Shown here piece by piece: positions 1 through 10,091 of a stretch of DNA of 50,759 nt. Source of the stretch: a virus (taxonomy: Duplodnaviria; Caudoviricetes); IMG/VR virus record IMGVR_UViG_3300012201_000005, positions 1 through 50,759 of that record; one strand, 5' to 3'. The first letter of the stretch is position 1, and every line of letters starts with the position of its first letter. The notes beneath the pieces are model-generated. The model did not search any database, was not told where the DNA came from, and saw only the letters and a list, made by a program, of their open reading frames with translations. The position numbers were made by a program, and so were the translations under genes.

Positions 1-429
1 ATCGCCAACACGAACTACCGGACTTGGTTGCGGACGGACGACTCGAACGCAACTTCGACCTCGATTACCAACTGGTTTTCTCAGGTCGTTCTCTCTTCGA
101 GTGCGGACCTCGGCGCTTTGTCGGCTGTCGTGGCCAAGAGCACTACGAAGGCGACGTTTACCTTCACCAAGGTTGGCGGTGGAAACATCACTCTGACCCA
201 GTCGAACTTGACCACGGCTACGTTGCCCACCTACAAGAGCACCAATGCCGCTCCGATTGCGGGTGCCTACGTCATCACCAATAACGGAACGGCGACTGTG
301 ACGGTCACCTTCACGCCCGCTGTGGCCTATGGTGCAGTGCCTGTCGGTGGATCGGTCGAGAAGAACGCCGTCTACGACCAGAATGGTGTGTTTTGCGCTC
401 AGACCGGTGCCGTCTGGACTTCGGACTAG
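1..429 (+). CDS. Major tail protein, C-terminal part (continues from 50258 across the circular junction)
   Basis: Frame 1 is open from base 1 (IANTNYRTWLRTDD...) to TAG 429 and joins in frame to ...AVQLIA at the window end via the 7-nt overlap ATCGCCA; Thr/Val-rich beta-type C-terminal extension. Confidence 0.85.
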   Translation: MANTNYRTWLRTDDSNATSTSITNWFSQVVLSSSADLGALSAVVAKSTTKATFTFTKVGGGNITLTQSNLTTATLPTYKSTNAAPIAGAYVITNNGTATVTVTFTPAVAYGAVPVGGSVEKNAVYDQNGVFCAQTGAVWTSD

Positions 430-436
430 CATCCAA

Positions 437-467
437 GCCCCGGGGATTCGCTCCGGGGCAACTTTTT
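437..467 (+). terminator. Intrinsic terminator after major tail protein
   Basis: GCCCCGGGG-ATTCG-CTCCGGGGC hairpin followed by AACTTTTT. Confidence 0.7.
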
Positions 468-486
468 GATCCTGAGGAGGACGAAA

Positions 487-984
487 ATGGGCTTGAAGAA
501 TCTTGTTGAACAGAAGAGTGAGATTGAACTTGGGGGCAAGAAGTTTTTGCTCAGATTCCCCAACCGAGCAACCAGAGAATTGCAAGAGACATATGGCGGA
601 TGGGTCAAGGCATGGGCGAAAATGACCTTCCAGGAACGAGCGGAGCCCATGCTCAACGAAATCGACTATGACATCCTGGCGGATATCTTGGTCATTGCCA
701 TTCATCAGGAAGGCGTTGATCGAAGCAAAGTGGCCACCTGGCTGGCAGACCTGATGCAGGATGAGACCATCGAAATCATCAATGCTCTGGTTGCCTGTCG
801 GAACCGGTATGGTCCTGAGCCGAAAGATTCTACGGTCGAGGTCATCAGCCATCTTGAGGCGGCAAAGGCGTTACTTCTGGCTGACAAGCGAGAGGCGGAG
901 GTTTCGGCCTTTGACGAGTTGCTGGACGCCCTGAAAGAAGAGGTTGCAGACAACGAGGATGACCCTCCGAAGCAGACCGCCTAA
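487..984 (+). CDS. Tail assembly chaperone (gpG-like)
   Basis: GAGGAGG SD, ATG 487; between MTP and tape measure; EIELGGKKFLLRF motif typical of TACs. Confidence 0.75.
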   Translation: MGLKNLVEQKSEIELGGKKFLLRFPNRATRELQETYGGWVKAWAKMTFQERAEPMLNEIDYDILADILVIAIHQEGVDRSKVATWLADLMQDETIEIINALVACRNRYGPEPKDSTVEVISHLEAAKALLLADKREAEVSAFDELLDALKEEVADNEDDPPKQTA

Positions 985-995
985 ACGGTGAAGAG

Positions 996-1250
996 TTGCC
1001 ATGGGACTATTTGTTCTACATGGCGACGGTTCCTCTTCAGCGGTCGGAGGAACAGTTCTGGGAGATGAGTCCGCGTCTTCTTGTGTCTCTGATTCGAGAA
1101 CACGAGAAAATGGAACGGAACAAGGCGAAGGCAGTCGGGTATATGACGGCATGTTTCATGAATGGCAAGACCCCCGACGGTGAAACGGAAATGATCAGCC
1201 CTAAACGCCTTCGAAAGAAGGAGTTGGAAATGGGAAATGCGATGTGGTAG
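996..1250 (+). CDS. Tail assembly chaperone C-terminal extension (gpT-like)
   Basis: PWDYLFY...EEQFWEMSPR motif typical of gpGT second halves; -1 frame relative to the upstream gene; weak independent start. Confidence 0.7.
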   Translation: MPWDYLFYMATVPLQRSEEQFWEMSPRLLVSLIREHEKMERNKAKAVGYMTACFMNGKTPDGETEMISPKRLRKKELEMGNAMW

Positions 1251-1260
1251 GAGGTGAGCT

Positions 1261-4200
1261 TTGAGTGTCCTTGGAGAACTGCTAGTCCAAATCAATGGGG
1301 ACAACTCTGGGCTGAACAAAAGCCTCAATCAATCTTCCAAGACGGCTGGTGAATTCGCCAATTCGATTGTTCAGAAGTTGGGTGGGGTGGCCCTGGCCTA
1401 TAAGGCCCTCCAGGTGGCCATAGATGGCATCCAATACAACGCGATGAGGGAACAGGCGGAGATAGCCTTTGGCGTGTTCCTGGGATCGGCTGACAAAGCC
1501 AAGGCCATGATCAAGAGTCTCCAGCAGGTGGCCATTGATACGCCGCTTGAGTTTGCCGATGTCCGCGACGCTGGTAAGCAGTTGTTGGCCTATGGTGTAG
1601 CTGCTGAGGATCTGGTACCAACCATCAAGACATTGATCGACGTTTCAGCTGGCTTGAACATCCCAATCAAAGACCTGTCCTATCTCTATGGCACGATTAA
1701 GACTCAGGGTCGGGCGATGACGGTAGACATCAACCAATTTGCCAATCGAGGCATCCCGATTTGGGAAGAGCTGGCCAAGGTCACGGGCAAGAATGGCCAG
1801 GAACTCAGATCCTTTGTTGAGGCTGGTCAGGTCGGATTTCCGATCATCGAGAAAGCTTTCCAGGGCATGACTTCCGAGGGTGGGAAGTTCTTCAATATGG
1901 CTGTGAAGCAGATGGACTCTTTTGTGGGCACCCAATCGAACCTTTCCGATGCCACGGGGATCTATCTTTCAAACCTTACAGCAGGAATGATGGGGCCCTT
2001 AAAAGAGGGAATGATCAGCATCACGAAATCCATGAATGATGCGACTGTAAGTTCTCATGAATTCGGGGCAACTCTTGGGAAAGTCTTTGATATTGCGGTT
2101 GCCGTCGTCGGTCCAGTTTTTGACGTTCTGAGCAAGATGCCCGGTGAGTTCACTGCGATAGGAATAGCGGCTGGGATTGCCTTTGCCGTCTTTGGACCAT
2201 GGGGCGCGCTTGTGGCTGGTATTGCCGTAAGCATCGGGGCTATCGGGAAATATCTTGATGACCTGGACAAGTCAAAGACAGAGGGTTTGAAAAGTTCATT
2301 CTTAAGTATTGCCGAAAGTTCGAAGATGACAGCGGATCAGACTAAAACGTTCCTTGCTTCGGCTGATAAGGTTGAGCAAAACCTCATCAGCTGGTCAGGC
2401 GATTCCAGTAATGTGGCGACTGCTTTCGGTAACATTGCAAAAGCATCGGGAATGACGGCTGTCCAGGTGGCAAACATTGCCATCAATTCGGATAAGATGA
2501 GCCAGGGTCAAAAAGATGTTGCTCAGCAATTTCTCAAGCAGAATGGACTTACTGCCATAGGTTCTTTGAATACTGAACAGATAGCTAAGAACCAAGCCGC
2601 CATTGTTGCAAGAGTAAAAGAATCCTCTGATCTATATGCAAAACAGCATCCATTGGAAATAGCAGCGGCGAAATTGAAGGCTCAGGCTGACAAGGACGCA
2701 GCAGTCGCGGCTAAAGCTCAGGCCGATGCTCTGAGAGGATTGCTTGCCAACCAAGAGGCATTAGAAAGGGGCATCCTTGCTACAAATGCCATCAATAAAG
2801 CTGGTAACAAAGACGTTGTGGACTCATTGTTGGATCAGAACAAACTTAGAAGTGAATACCTTGCAAAACTTGAAAAAGAAGGTATAGAAGGCAAGGCCTC
2901 TCTTTCCTTTGTTGAGTCGGAAACTGCTCGAATAACCGGATTGAATAATGATAATTTGACCATCATCAAGAATCTTGGAATCGCTCAGGCTGGGGTGACG
3001 ATCAAGCTACAGGAACAGAATGATACCTCTTATGAATTCCTACAGGGTCTTGTTGAGACGGGAACGACAGTAGCCCATATTAATGGCCTTTTTTCTCTTA
3101 CCAATTTAGACCTAACAAATATAGGAACAAAACAAAAGATTGTTGCTGATACTCAGGAAAAGGTATTGACGGCCACTGAGAAGACTAGGAAAGAACTTGA
3201 AAAGATAGGCATGGGTAAAATCTTCGATGAAATATTGACTGATTCCGAGGATTGGAATGGGAGGATCAAAGATGTCTATAATGGAGTAAGGGCTGTCTGG
3301 AAAGATGGATTCGAAAGAATGGGAGAATCTCTCGTTACAGGCAAAGGTAGCTGGCAAGGATGGGCCGCCGCCGCTGATAAAGCTCTTGCTTCCGTACTCG
3401 AGGGGCTAGGGATGCAATTGGCGGCCATGGCAATCGGGAAGGCCCTTATGAATGACTGGACTGGCGCAGCACTTGCTACTGCCGGATCTATTGCCGCTTT
3501 TGTAGGAGCTGGGGTTCTTAATGCTTTATCAGATCAGTTGTCCGCAGTAGTCGAGCAAGAAAAGAAAACAGGGACTACGGCGCATGTTGTGGCAAAAGAG
3601 GTGGCGGCTACTGTCACTTCAGTGCAGTTGCTCGCAGAAGCAGTAAAGAAGGCAAAAGAACAGATTGATAAAAAATCAGATACCAGTTCTTATGCTACAG
3701 AACTCATAAAACAAACCGATGCAGTAAGGCTTCATTATCAGAAATTAGAAGCTGAAGCAGCGAATGCGGCAAGACGTACAGTCTCAGCTATGCATGATAC
3801 AACTAAGGCGGCTACGAGTCATACAAGTACCTTCGCCCAGGATATTGCTTTCTATACAGAGCAAGGAAAGCATAGCACAGGAGCGCTTAGGGAATATTAT
3901 TTTAAGCTTGCAAACGAAGTTATAGATGCAAGAGATAAAGCGGCAGCAAAAATTGCTGCCGATGGGAAAGTAATTCTCGACGCCCAAATGCAGAAAGAAA
4001 TCGACGATCTTGGATACAACATGGCTCTTTTCCAACAGAGAGCTGATGAAGCCGGGTCAAACCTTTCAAGTTCATTTGCCGATGCTCTGAAAAAAGGCAC
4101 GTCTGAGACTGACTTCACCAAAAGCATCATGGATATGCTCCGTGGTATGGCGATAGACGCCGCGATCCTGGCAGGGGGATTTGCCGACAAGTTCAAAGCC

Positions 4201-4608
4201 ATTGGGGCTCAGATTGCGGCAGCGCTTCAAGATGGGTTTCAGGCTGGAGAAGTCGACACCCTCAAGACAACGATTTCTGACCTCTATTCTCAGGCCACTT
4301 CGGCAGTCACTCAGATCAATACGCTGTTCCCAGGATTCGCATCTGGTACCGATTGGGCTCCCGGTGGCATCGCCTTGGTAGGTGAACAGGGCCCTGAGCT
4401 GATGAACGTCCCTCGAGGCTCACAGATCGTTCCTGCGGCCCAAACCAGACGACTTTTACAATCGACTCAGAATAACCAAACCAACAATACCTCGACAAAG
4501 GGGGATACCGTGATCAGCATCCAATCAAATGCACCGCTTGACCCATTGCAGACGGCTAGAGCTGTGAGAGAGACTATGGAATCCTTGGCCTTTGCGGGAG
4601 TGGCATGA
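1261..4608 (+). CDS. Tape measure protein
   Basis: 1115 aa, Ala-rich helical; N-terminal LGELLVQINGD, tape-measure domain (TPLEFADVRDAGKQLLAYG...GIPIWEEL), C-terminal GFASGT...VGEQGPEL motif. Confidence 0.95.
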   Translation: MSVLGELLVQINGDNSGLNKSLNQSSKTAGEFANSIVQKLGGVALAYKALQVAIDGIQYNAMREQAEIAFGVFLGSADKAKAMIKSLQQVAIDTPLEFADVRDAGKQLLAYGVAAEDLVPTIKTLIDVSAGLNIPIKDLSYLYGTIKTQGRAMTVDINQFANRGIPIWEELAKVTGKNGQELRSFVEAGQVGFPIIEKAFQGMTSEGGKFFNMAVKQMDSFVGTQSNLSDATGIYLSNLTAGMMGPLKEGMISITKSMNDATVSSHEFGATLGKVFDIAVAVVGPVFDVLSKMPGEFTAIGIAAGIAFAVFGPWGALVAGIAVSIGAIGKYLDDLDKSKTEGLKSSFLSIAESSKMTADQTKTFLASADKVEQNLISWSGDSSNVATAFGNIAKASGMTAVQVANIAINSDKMSQGQKDVAQQFLKQNGLTAIGSLNTEQIAKNQAAIVARVKESSDLYAKQHPLEIAAAKLKAQADKDAAVAAKAQADALRGLLANQEALERGILATNAINKAGNKDVVDSLLDQNKLRSEYLAKLEKEGIEGKASLSFVESETARITGLNNDNLTIIKNLGIAQAGVTIKLQEQNDTSYEFLQGLVETGTTVAHINGLFSLTNLDLTNIGTKQKIVADTQEKVLTATEKTRKELEKIGMGKIFDEILTDSEDWNGRIKDVYNGVRAVWKDGFERMGESLVTGKGSWQGWAAAADKALASVLEGLGMQLAAMAIGKALMNDWTGAALATAGSIAAFVGAGVLNALSDQLSAVVEQEKKTGTTAHVVAKEVAATVTSVQLLAEAVKKAKEQIDKKSDTSSYATELIKQTDAVRLHYQKLEAEAANAARRTVSAMHDTTKAATSHTSTFAQDIAFYTEQGKHSTGALREYYFKLANEVIDARDKAAAKIAADGKVILDAQMQKEIDDLGYNMALFQQRADEAGSNLSSSFADALKKGTSETDFTKSIMDMLRGMAIDAAILAGGFADKFKAIGAQIAAALQDGFQAGEVDTLKTTISDLYSQATSAVTQINTLFPGFASGTDWAPGGIALVGEQGPELMNVPRGSQIVPAAQTRRLLQSTQNNQTNNTSTKGDTVISIQSNAPLDPLQTARAVRETMESLAFAGVA

Positions 4609-6443
4609 TGAGCAAAAGAGCTTTTATCTTTACACAAGCCAACTCTTCGCCATTTGCTGGACTTGATGGATCGGTGACATTCTCCAATGGCACTCAGACT
4701 GCGGATAAGATCCTGCTCATTTCTGCCGATGGACTAGGGGCTCCGGCACTCAGCACTCAGACTCAGAATGCCCCGTTCCAGCAAGGCGCTTCCTTGATTA
4801 GGACATTATTCCAGCCCAGGACTATTACCCTGGAATGTGCTATCTCGGTTCCTGCCGCGAGTTCAAGCGGTCGTGCCGAGGTGACCACGATCAAGCGTCG
4901 TTTATCAAAGTATCTTTCACCAGTTGGCATGGGGTTCCTTCCTGACACTTCCTTGACCTTGTCGAACTATTCCACTTGGATCGGAAAGCTTTCCTATGCC
5001 TCGAATGGGACGACCTTTGACCGGTTCATTGACTGTGTACCGATGACCGTTGAGTTCCCGAATGCCTTTTATCAGGATGGGTTCCAGAAGATGCGGGTCG
5101 TGTTCTTCTGTCCTGATCCATTTTGGTATGGCGCAGATCAGACCCAGACTATGGCTAATGTTTCCTTAGCCATTTCTGGAATTTGGGCTTCTATTGCATG
5201 GTCACCAACGTTAAGATTATTCTGTTCTCCAGAATATGGAACAACACGTATCCAGACATCCCCCGATGGAATTAACTGGACTCTCCATAATACAGCAGGG
5301 GCGGCAGGGGCCCAATGGTATGTCACGGTATGGAGTCCGGAATTAGCATTGTTTTGTAGTATAGCTACAACCAATACAGCCATCCAAACATCCCCAGATG
5401 GATTGGTATGGACATTGAGAACAGGAGTATCGGCTGTTGCATGGGTATCTCTTGCTTGGTCTTCTAAGCTGTCATTATTCTGTGCTGTAGCTGTTTCCAG
5501 CACAAATATTCAGACATCCCCCGATGGGATTAACTGGACATTAAGGACAGGGGTATCTTCTGTTTCCTGGTTTTCAGTATGCTGGTCAGAGGAACTAAAC
5601 ATTTTTTGTGCTATTGCTCAATCCAGCACAAATATTCAGACATCCCCCGATGGAATTAACTGGACATTAAGGACAGGGGCTTCTTCTGCTCAATGGTATT
5701 CCATGACATGGGCTGCTGGACTTGGACTGTTTTGTGTTTGTGGAACAAATGCTATTCAGACATCCCCCGATGGGATTAACTGGACATTAAGGACTAGTGC
5801 ATCCTCGGCTGAATATCGTCGGGTTAAGTGGGCTCCTGAGCTTGGGTTATTATGTTCATTTGCCGCAAATTCTAGCACAGCCATCCAAACATCCCCAGAC
5901 GGAATAACGTGGACATTAAGGGCTGGATCTGGCTCAATAAATAGATTTGACATGGTATGGGCCAATTCAATTGGCATGTTTTGCATTGTTGCCAATTCAG
6001 CAGGGCAATATCCTGAGATCAGCTATGATGGCATCAATTGGGTACAAAACTCAGCCACAACAGACTGGTATGCCACAATCAACAATCAAGGCGACATTTC
6101 AGCTACATTCGCCATTACTATTCCCATTGTCGGCGGAGAAACTGGAAAAGTTGTCGCCATAGGTGAAAACTTCCTTTGGGCAGGGTCGGGCGACCCTCCA
6201 TCCGACCACAACATAGTGTTTTCCACTCAGGGACTCAAGACTGGATCAGTGATTCTTAATACGAAGTTTGGATCGAAGACCATCACCCAGTTCGGAAACT
6301 CGGTCATGAACAACTTCGTAGGCGGCACATTCTTCGCGCTCTATGTTTCTGGGTCACAGTCGAACATCCTCTATCTCAGGAATACCGGTACACCAGCGGC
6401 AGCTCCATCCATAACTTATCGGAACAGGTATATTGACGTATGA
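4605..6443 (+). CDS. Distal tail protein (Dit) with inserted Asp-box/BNR repeat domain
   Basis: Follows TMP; Dit-like motifs PRTITL and FFCPDPFWYG, C-terminal YRNRY; six QTSPDGxxWT repeats plus one degenerate copy inserted. Confidence 0.8.
   Translation: MMSKRAFIFTQANSSPFAGLDGSVTFSNGTQTADKILLISADGLGAPALSTQTQNAPFQQGASLIRTLFQPRTITLECAISVPAASSSGRAEVTTIKRRLSKYLSPVGMGFLPDTSLTLSNYSTWIGKLSYASNGTTFDRFIDCVPMTVEFPNAFYQDGFQKMRVVFFCPDPFWYGADQTQTMANVSLAISGIWASIAWSPTLRLFCSPEYGTTRIQTSPDGINWTLHNTAGAAGAQWYVTVWSPELALFCSIATTNTAIQTSPDGLVWTLRTGVSAVAWVSLAWSSKLSLFCAVAVSSTNIQTSPDGINWTLRTGVSSVSWFSVCWSEELNIFCAIAQSSTNIQTSPDGINWTLRTGASSAQWYSMTWAAGLGLFCVCGTNAIQTSPDGINWTLRTSASSAEYRRVKWAPELGLLCSFAANSSTAIQTSPDGITWTLRAGSGSINRFDMVWANSIGMFCIVANSAGQYPEISYDGINWVQNSATTDWYATINNQGDISATFAITIPIVGGETGKVVAIGENFLWAGSGDPPSDHNIVFSTQGLKTGSVILNTKFGSKTITQFGNSVMNNFVGGTFFALYVSGSQSNILYLRNTGTPAAAPSITYRNRYIDV
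5250..6045 (+). repeat. Tandem ~126-bp coding repeats (IQTSPDGINWTLR)
   Basis: Near-identical DNA such as CAGACATCCCCCGATGG(A/G)ATTAACTGGAC recurs at ~5252, 5511, 5637 and 5757, with variants at ~5384 and 5885. Confidence 0.9.
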
Positions 6444-7783
6444 GCACATTGCCTTTCGAACAACAACCGGTCAATCTCTATGCTTCTGGTTTGATCAATA
6501 GCGACATTCCGACAGATCCTGTTGATGGATCTTTCTTGGACTTCATCGCTATTATAGATGATTGCCAGACGATCCGATTCAAACGTGGTTGGTACCAGCC
6601 AGGAGACTTTGAACTCACGATCAACAAAAACACGAACTATGCCGGATTATTCGAACGAAAGAGAATCATCCAAATCGGAACCGATGTCCATAAATGCGGC
6701 GTGATCGAATCTGTTGAAAACAAGATCGGACCAACGGGCGCTTTGTCGGAATTGATCACGGTGAAAGGTCGAGAATTGACTTCCTATCTCGACCGGAGAA
6801 ATATCCTCCCCCCGGCCGGTCAGGCCTATTATGCGCTTGCCTCTACGACACCCGCCGAGACGGTCATAAAAACCATTCTGGACTCTTCCTTAGGCCCTGG
6901 AGCTTCGGCCAATAGAAAGGATGCAAATCTCACTATCGAAGCCAATGCGGCTCTAGGCAATGCTTATGTGCTATCAGCACGATATGACAATCTCCTGACT
7001 ATTGTTGGCAATTGTTGCCTTGCTACCAACTCGGGAGTTTTCGCCTATCTGAATCATACCACGAAGAAATGGGTTTTTGGATTTAGTCTCGGAATCAATC
7101 GGACCACTTCGCAATCAACAAATTCCCAGGCCGTATTCTCTACTGACCGCGAGACAGTCCTTAAATCGAGCATGAAGGATGTTGATACTGGATTTAAGAA
7201 TCTTGCCTTCGTTGGGGGCCAAGGGGAAGGTGAGAACAGGACCATCATCACTGCCCCATCCATCGAACCCACAGGAATCGACCGGCGTGAGATGTTCGTA
7301 GATGCCAGGGATTTGACCCTTGCGGCATCATTGCTAAATCGAGGACTTCAGAAGCTTGCAGAGAACCAGTTTGTGAAGTTCATTTCAAGTGATGTTCTAG
7401 CCTATTCCCAACTGATCTATCAACAAGATTATGATGTTGGCGATCAAGTGACGATCATTCAATTTGGGCAGACCCAGGACGCGTTCATAACGAGCGCCGA
7501 AGAATACTGGGCGAACGGAGTCTATAATCTGACCATTGGGTTCGACCGGTCATCTCCGACATTGCCCAGCCAGGTTTCTGGGGCATTAAGTCAGATCCAG
7601 AAAACTTTGAACGCGACTGAATTTGTGAACCAACAAGCCGTGATTATGGAATATGAACCGGTCATTGTTCTGGATTACACTTTGACGGCTGGACGAAATG
7701 GAGTAAGCTTTTCTGACGTGACAATTGCTCCAGGGGTGACCGTGACGATACCGACTGGATACGACTGGAGGATTAGACCATGA
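6440..7783 (+). CDS. Baseplate hub / minor tail protein (siphovirus Gp37-like)
   Basis: WYQPGDFEL, N.AFVGGQGEGENR, GIDRREMFVDARD and DYDVGDQVT motifs; position after Dit. Confidence 0.8.
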   Translation: MSTLPFEQQPVNLYASGLINSDIPTDPVDGSFLDFIAIIDDCQTIRFKRGWYQPGDFELTINKNTNYAGLFERKRIIQIGTDVHKCGVIESVENKIGPTGALSELITVKGRELTSYLDRRNILPPAGQAYYALASTTPAETVIKTILDSSLGPGASANRKDANLTIEANAALGNAYVLSARYDNLLTIVGNCCLATNSGVFAYLNHTTKKWVFGFSLGINRTTSQSTNSQAVFSTDRETVLKSSMKDVDTGFKNLAFVGGQGEGENRTIITAPSIEPTGIDRREMFVDARDLTLAASLLNRGLQKLAENQFVKFISSDVLAYSQLIYQQDYDVGDQVTIIQFGQTQDAFITSAEEYWANGVYNLTIGFDRSSPTLPSQVSGALSQIQKTLNATEFVNQQAVIMEYEPVIVLDYTLTAGRNGVSFSDVTIAPGVTVTIPTGYDWRIRP

Positions 7784-8733
7784 GCAGTCAAATAATTGCG
7801 GATACATCAGGGGTTCGAATTGTCGCGGATGCTTCTGGAAACTTAACATTCACAGTTTCTGGAACCCTTACCTATGGAAAAGTGATTATTACTCAGCCAG
7901 CAACGGGATCGACATTAACCATTCTTGATGGGAAAACTGTGACCGAAAAATCCACACGGACCATTCAAGGGACTGATGGAAACGTGCTCGATACTGACGC
8001 GTTGATCCGGTCCTGCTACCAGGGATTGCTGATGACCTATGTCAGCACCACGTCATTCTCGGTCGGCGTCGGTGCAGTAGGAGATTCCACGTTTGTCTCA
8101 ACCATGGTCCTGGCAGCCACCACGACAAAGACCACGGCGGCATGGGCGGTTGGATCGGCTCAAGGCGGTCTGGACACGGGAGCTATCGCGGCCACGACAT
8201 GGTACTATGTCTATCTGATCAAGCGGGTTGACACCCAGGTGGTGGATATTCTGTATTCGACTTCGGCAACAACCCCGACAATGCCGACAAATTACACCTT
8301 GAAACGAATGATTGGGGCCGTTAAGACCAACGGATCAAGTCAGTTCATCCAATGGATTATGTATAATGACGGCACACAAATGTGGGTGACAACCCTGGCA
8401 GATGTTAATGATTCTACACTTACGACGGCACGAAAATCTTATACTCTTACGTCCATTCCACCAATCCAAGTCAAGGCTAACCTTTATGTTTATGCAAATA
8501 GTGCTACGGCTGCCGGTACAGGAGTTGAATTCTATGGGGATACAGGCATATCAGATAGTGCTCCAGGTACCTCGCCGCTCAACTTTGTTCTTAATGTACC
8601 TGTAGTAAATCAAGCTGCACAATCTGTAATCCCAATGTTTTTCCCTTCTGGGATTCTCTATGCCAGATCAAATCAAGCATCTACCACCATCATTGCCACA
8701 GCAAGAGATTTTAATCTTAGGCCATTTAATTAA
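7780..8733 (+). CDS. Tail fibre / receptor-binding protein
   Basis: Thr-rich beta protein; GGLDTGAIAATTWYYVYLI...PTMPTNYTLKRMIGAVKTNGS is a common tail-fibre motif. Confidence 0.7.
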   Translation: MSSQIIADTSGVRIVADASGNLTFTVSGTLTYGKVIITQPATGSTLTILDGKTVTEKSTRTIQGTDGNVLDTDALIRSCYQGLLMTYVSTTSFSVGVGAVGDSTFVSTMVLAATTTKTTAAWAVGSAQGGLDTGAIAATTWYYVYLIKRVDTQVVDILYSTSATTPTMPTNYTLKRMIGAVKTNGSSQFIQWIMYNDGTQMWVTTLADVNDSTLTTARKSYTLTSIPPIQVKANLYVYANSATAAGTGVEFYGDTGISDSAPGTSPLNFVLNVPVVNQAAQSVIPMFFPSGILYARSNQASTTIIATARDFNLRPFN

Positions 8734-8742
8734 GGAGTTGTC

Positions 8743-9138
8743 ATGTCTAAACTGAGAGATTTTATTGAGAGAGGCCCTGAACTCTGTGGGGCCAGGAATG
8801 CCGCCAGGTGGTCCAAAAACTTCCTTCTGCAATTCGACTGCGAGATCAAAGACCCTGTGTCTGAGTTTGCATCGAAAAAAGGAGAAGATCCATGGGACCG
8901 CCTTGAAACCCTCTACGGACTGACCGTGGCCGATGGTATCGATGATGACAAGGTCAATTACTGGATTGACCTGATCGGGCTTGCGGCTCATGCCTATGCA
9001 GTGAGCAAAGGTCATATTGCGCTTGAGTATGTGGTTTCGACCATGGCCGAGGATTTGGCGATTCAGGAATCCAGTTACCCAGAGTTCGCCTCTATCCTAT
9101 CGGTATCCGAAGCCTCAGTTATGTCCAACTGGGCCTAG
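8743..9138 (+). CDS. Hypothetical protein (possible fibre chaperone)
   Basis: AAGGAG SD, follows the fibre gene. Confidence 0.5.
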   Translation: MSKLRDFIERGPELCGARNAARWSKNFLLQFDCEIKDPVSEFASKKGEDPWDRLETLYGLTVADGIDDDKVNYWIDLIGLAAHAYAVSKGHIALEYVVSTMAEDLAIQESSYPEFASILSVSEASVMSNWA

Positions 9139-9139
9139 A

Positions 9140-9718
9140 ATGTTGCATAAGCGAATAGGCCTTGTCTTTATTTTATTCTCAGCCTTTTCGCTTATGATTA
9201 ACATATTCACCCCTAGCAACCCAGATCATTTAATGAACGTGATTGAACAAGCAATCCTAGTCATGGTCTTTTCTCTTTCATATTTCCTCCATCAGCCAAC
9301 CTCAGGGGCCCTTCAAATCCTCATCCTTATAGCTACAGCCTTCATTCCCATGCATTTGAATGATTCCCCATTTTTCGGAGCTGTTATTGCCGTCTTCGCC
9401 TTGATCCTGATACATGCTTATGGGGGATATAAGACGCATGTGTGGTGGAAGCTCCCTGGCACATTTCTCACCCTCTTTGCTCTTTGTGCGATTGCCAAAA
9501 GTAACTTTTCGTCACCATCCCCAGAAATGTATGTCAGTGCCTTTGCATGGACGATGTTTATCAGTGTTTTTTGCTTTGTACTTTGGTTAGTGGTAGCTGA
9601 TATGGAGCGACAGTTCCATACTGACTATGTTTCTGGTATCGTAAAACTCAACAGAATTCTTTTAGAGGAACTGAAGCAGAAAGACGGAGGTTGCACCGAT
9701 GGCGACACAAGAGGGTAG
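9140..9718 (+). CDS. Multi-pass membrane protein
   Basis: ATG 9140; about six hydrophobic segments; AT-rich. Confidence 0.65.
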   Translation: MLHKRIGLVFILFSAFSLMINIFTPSNPDHLMNVIEQAILVMVFSLSYFLHQPTSGALQILILIATAFIPMHLNDSPFFGAVIAVFALILIHAYGGYKTHVWWKLPGTFLTLFALCAIAKSNFSSPSPEMYVSAFAWTMFISVFCFVLWLVVADMERQFHTDYVSGIVKLNRILLEELKQKDGGCTDGDTRG

Positions 9719-10091
9719 GATTTCCGCTTTGGAGCAATGGCAGAAAAGTCATGAAGATTCCGAAAGGGAATGGAGAATGCAACATCAAGAAACAAATCAG
9801 AAATCAATTGAAAGTCTGACCTCTCTTTTTTCCCTTCGATTTGAAGCCGTTGAGGGGATCGCTCAGGAGGCAGTTATCATGGCACGACAAACGAACATCG
9901 ACATGGTGACATTGCCGGACAGAATCATCAAGGCAATCAAGGAAGAGGCAATAACAAATAAAGCCCATAAAACCCCGTGGGATATGTTTAAGGCAAAGAT
10001 GATTGAGTCCTTGGCAACGCTCATTGCCGGGGGCATCGTTGCGGGAGTAGGTTACATCATTGTTCAGGTGGTGGCAAAGGGGCATCTATGA
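9699..10091 (+). CDS. Coiled-coil protein with C-terminal TM (holin/antiholin-like)
   Basis: RISALEQW N-terminus, C-terminal hydrophobic helix, directly upstream of the putative endolysin. Confidence 0.5.
   Translation: MATQEGRISALEQWQKSHEDSEREWRMQHQETNQKSIESLTSLFSLRFEAVEGIAQEAVIMARQTNIDMVTLPDRIIKAIKEEAITNKAHKTPWDMFKAKMIESLATLIAGGIVAGVGYIIVQVVAKGHL

Noticed and set aside
5250-6045. Tail repeats as a CRISPR-like array
   Set aside because: In-frame coding repeats with synonymous variation inside a continuous ORF
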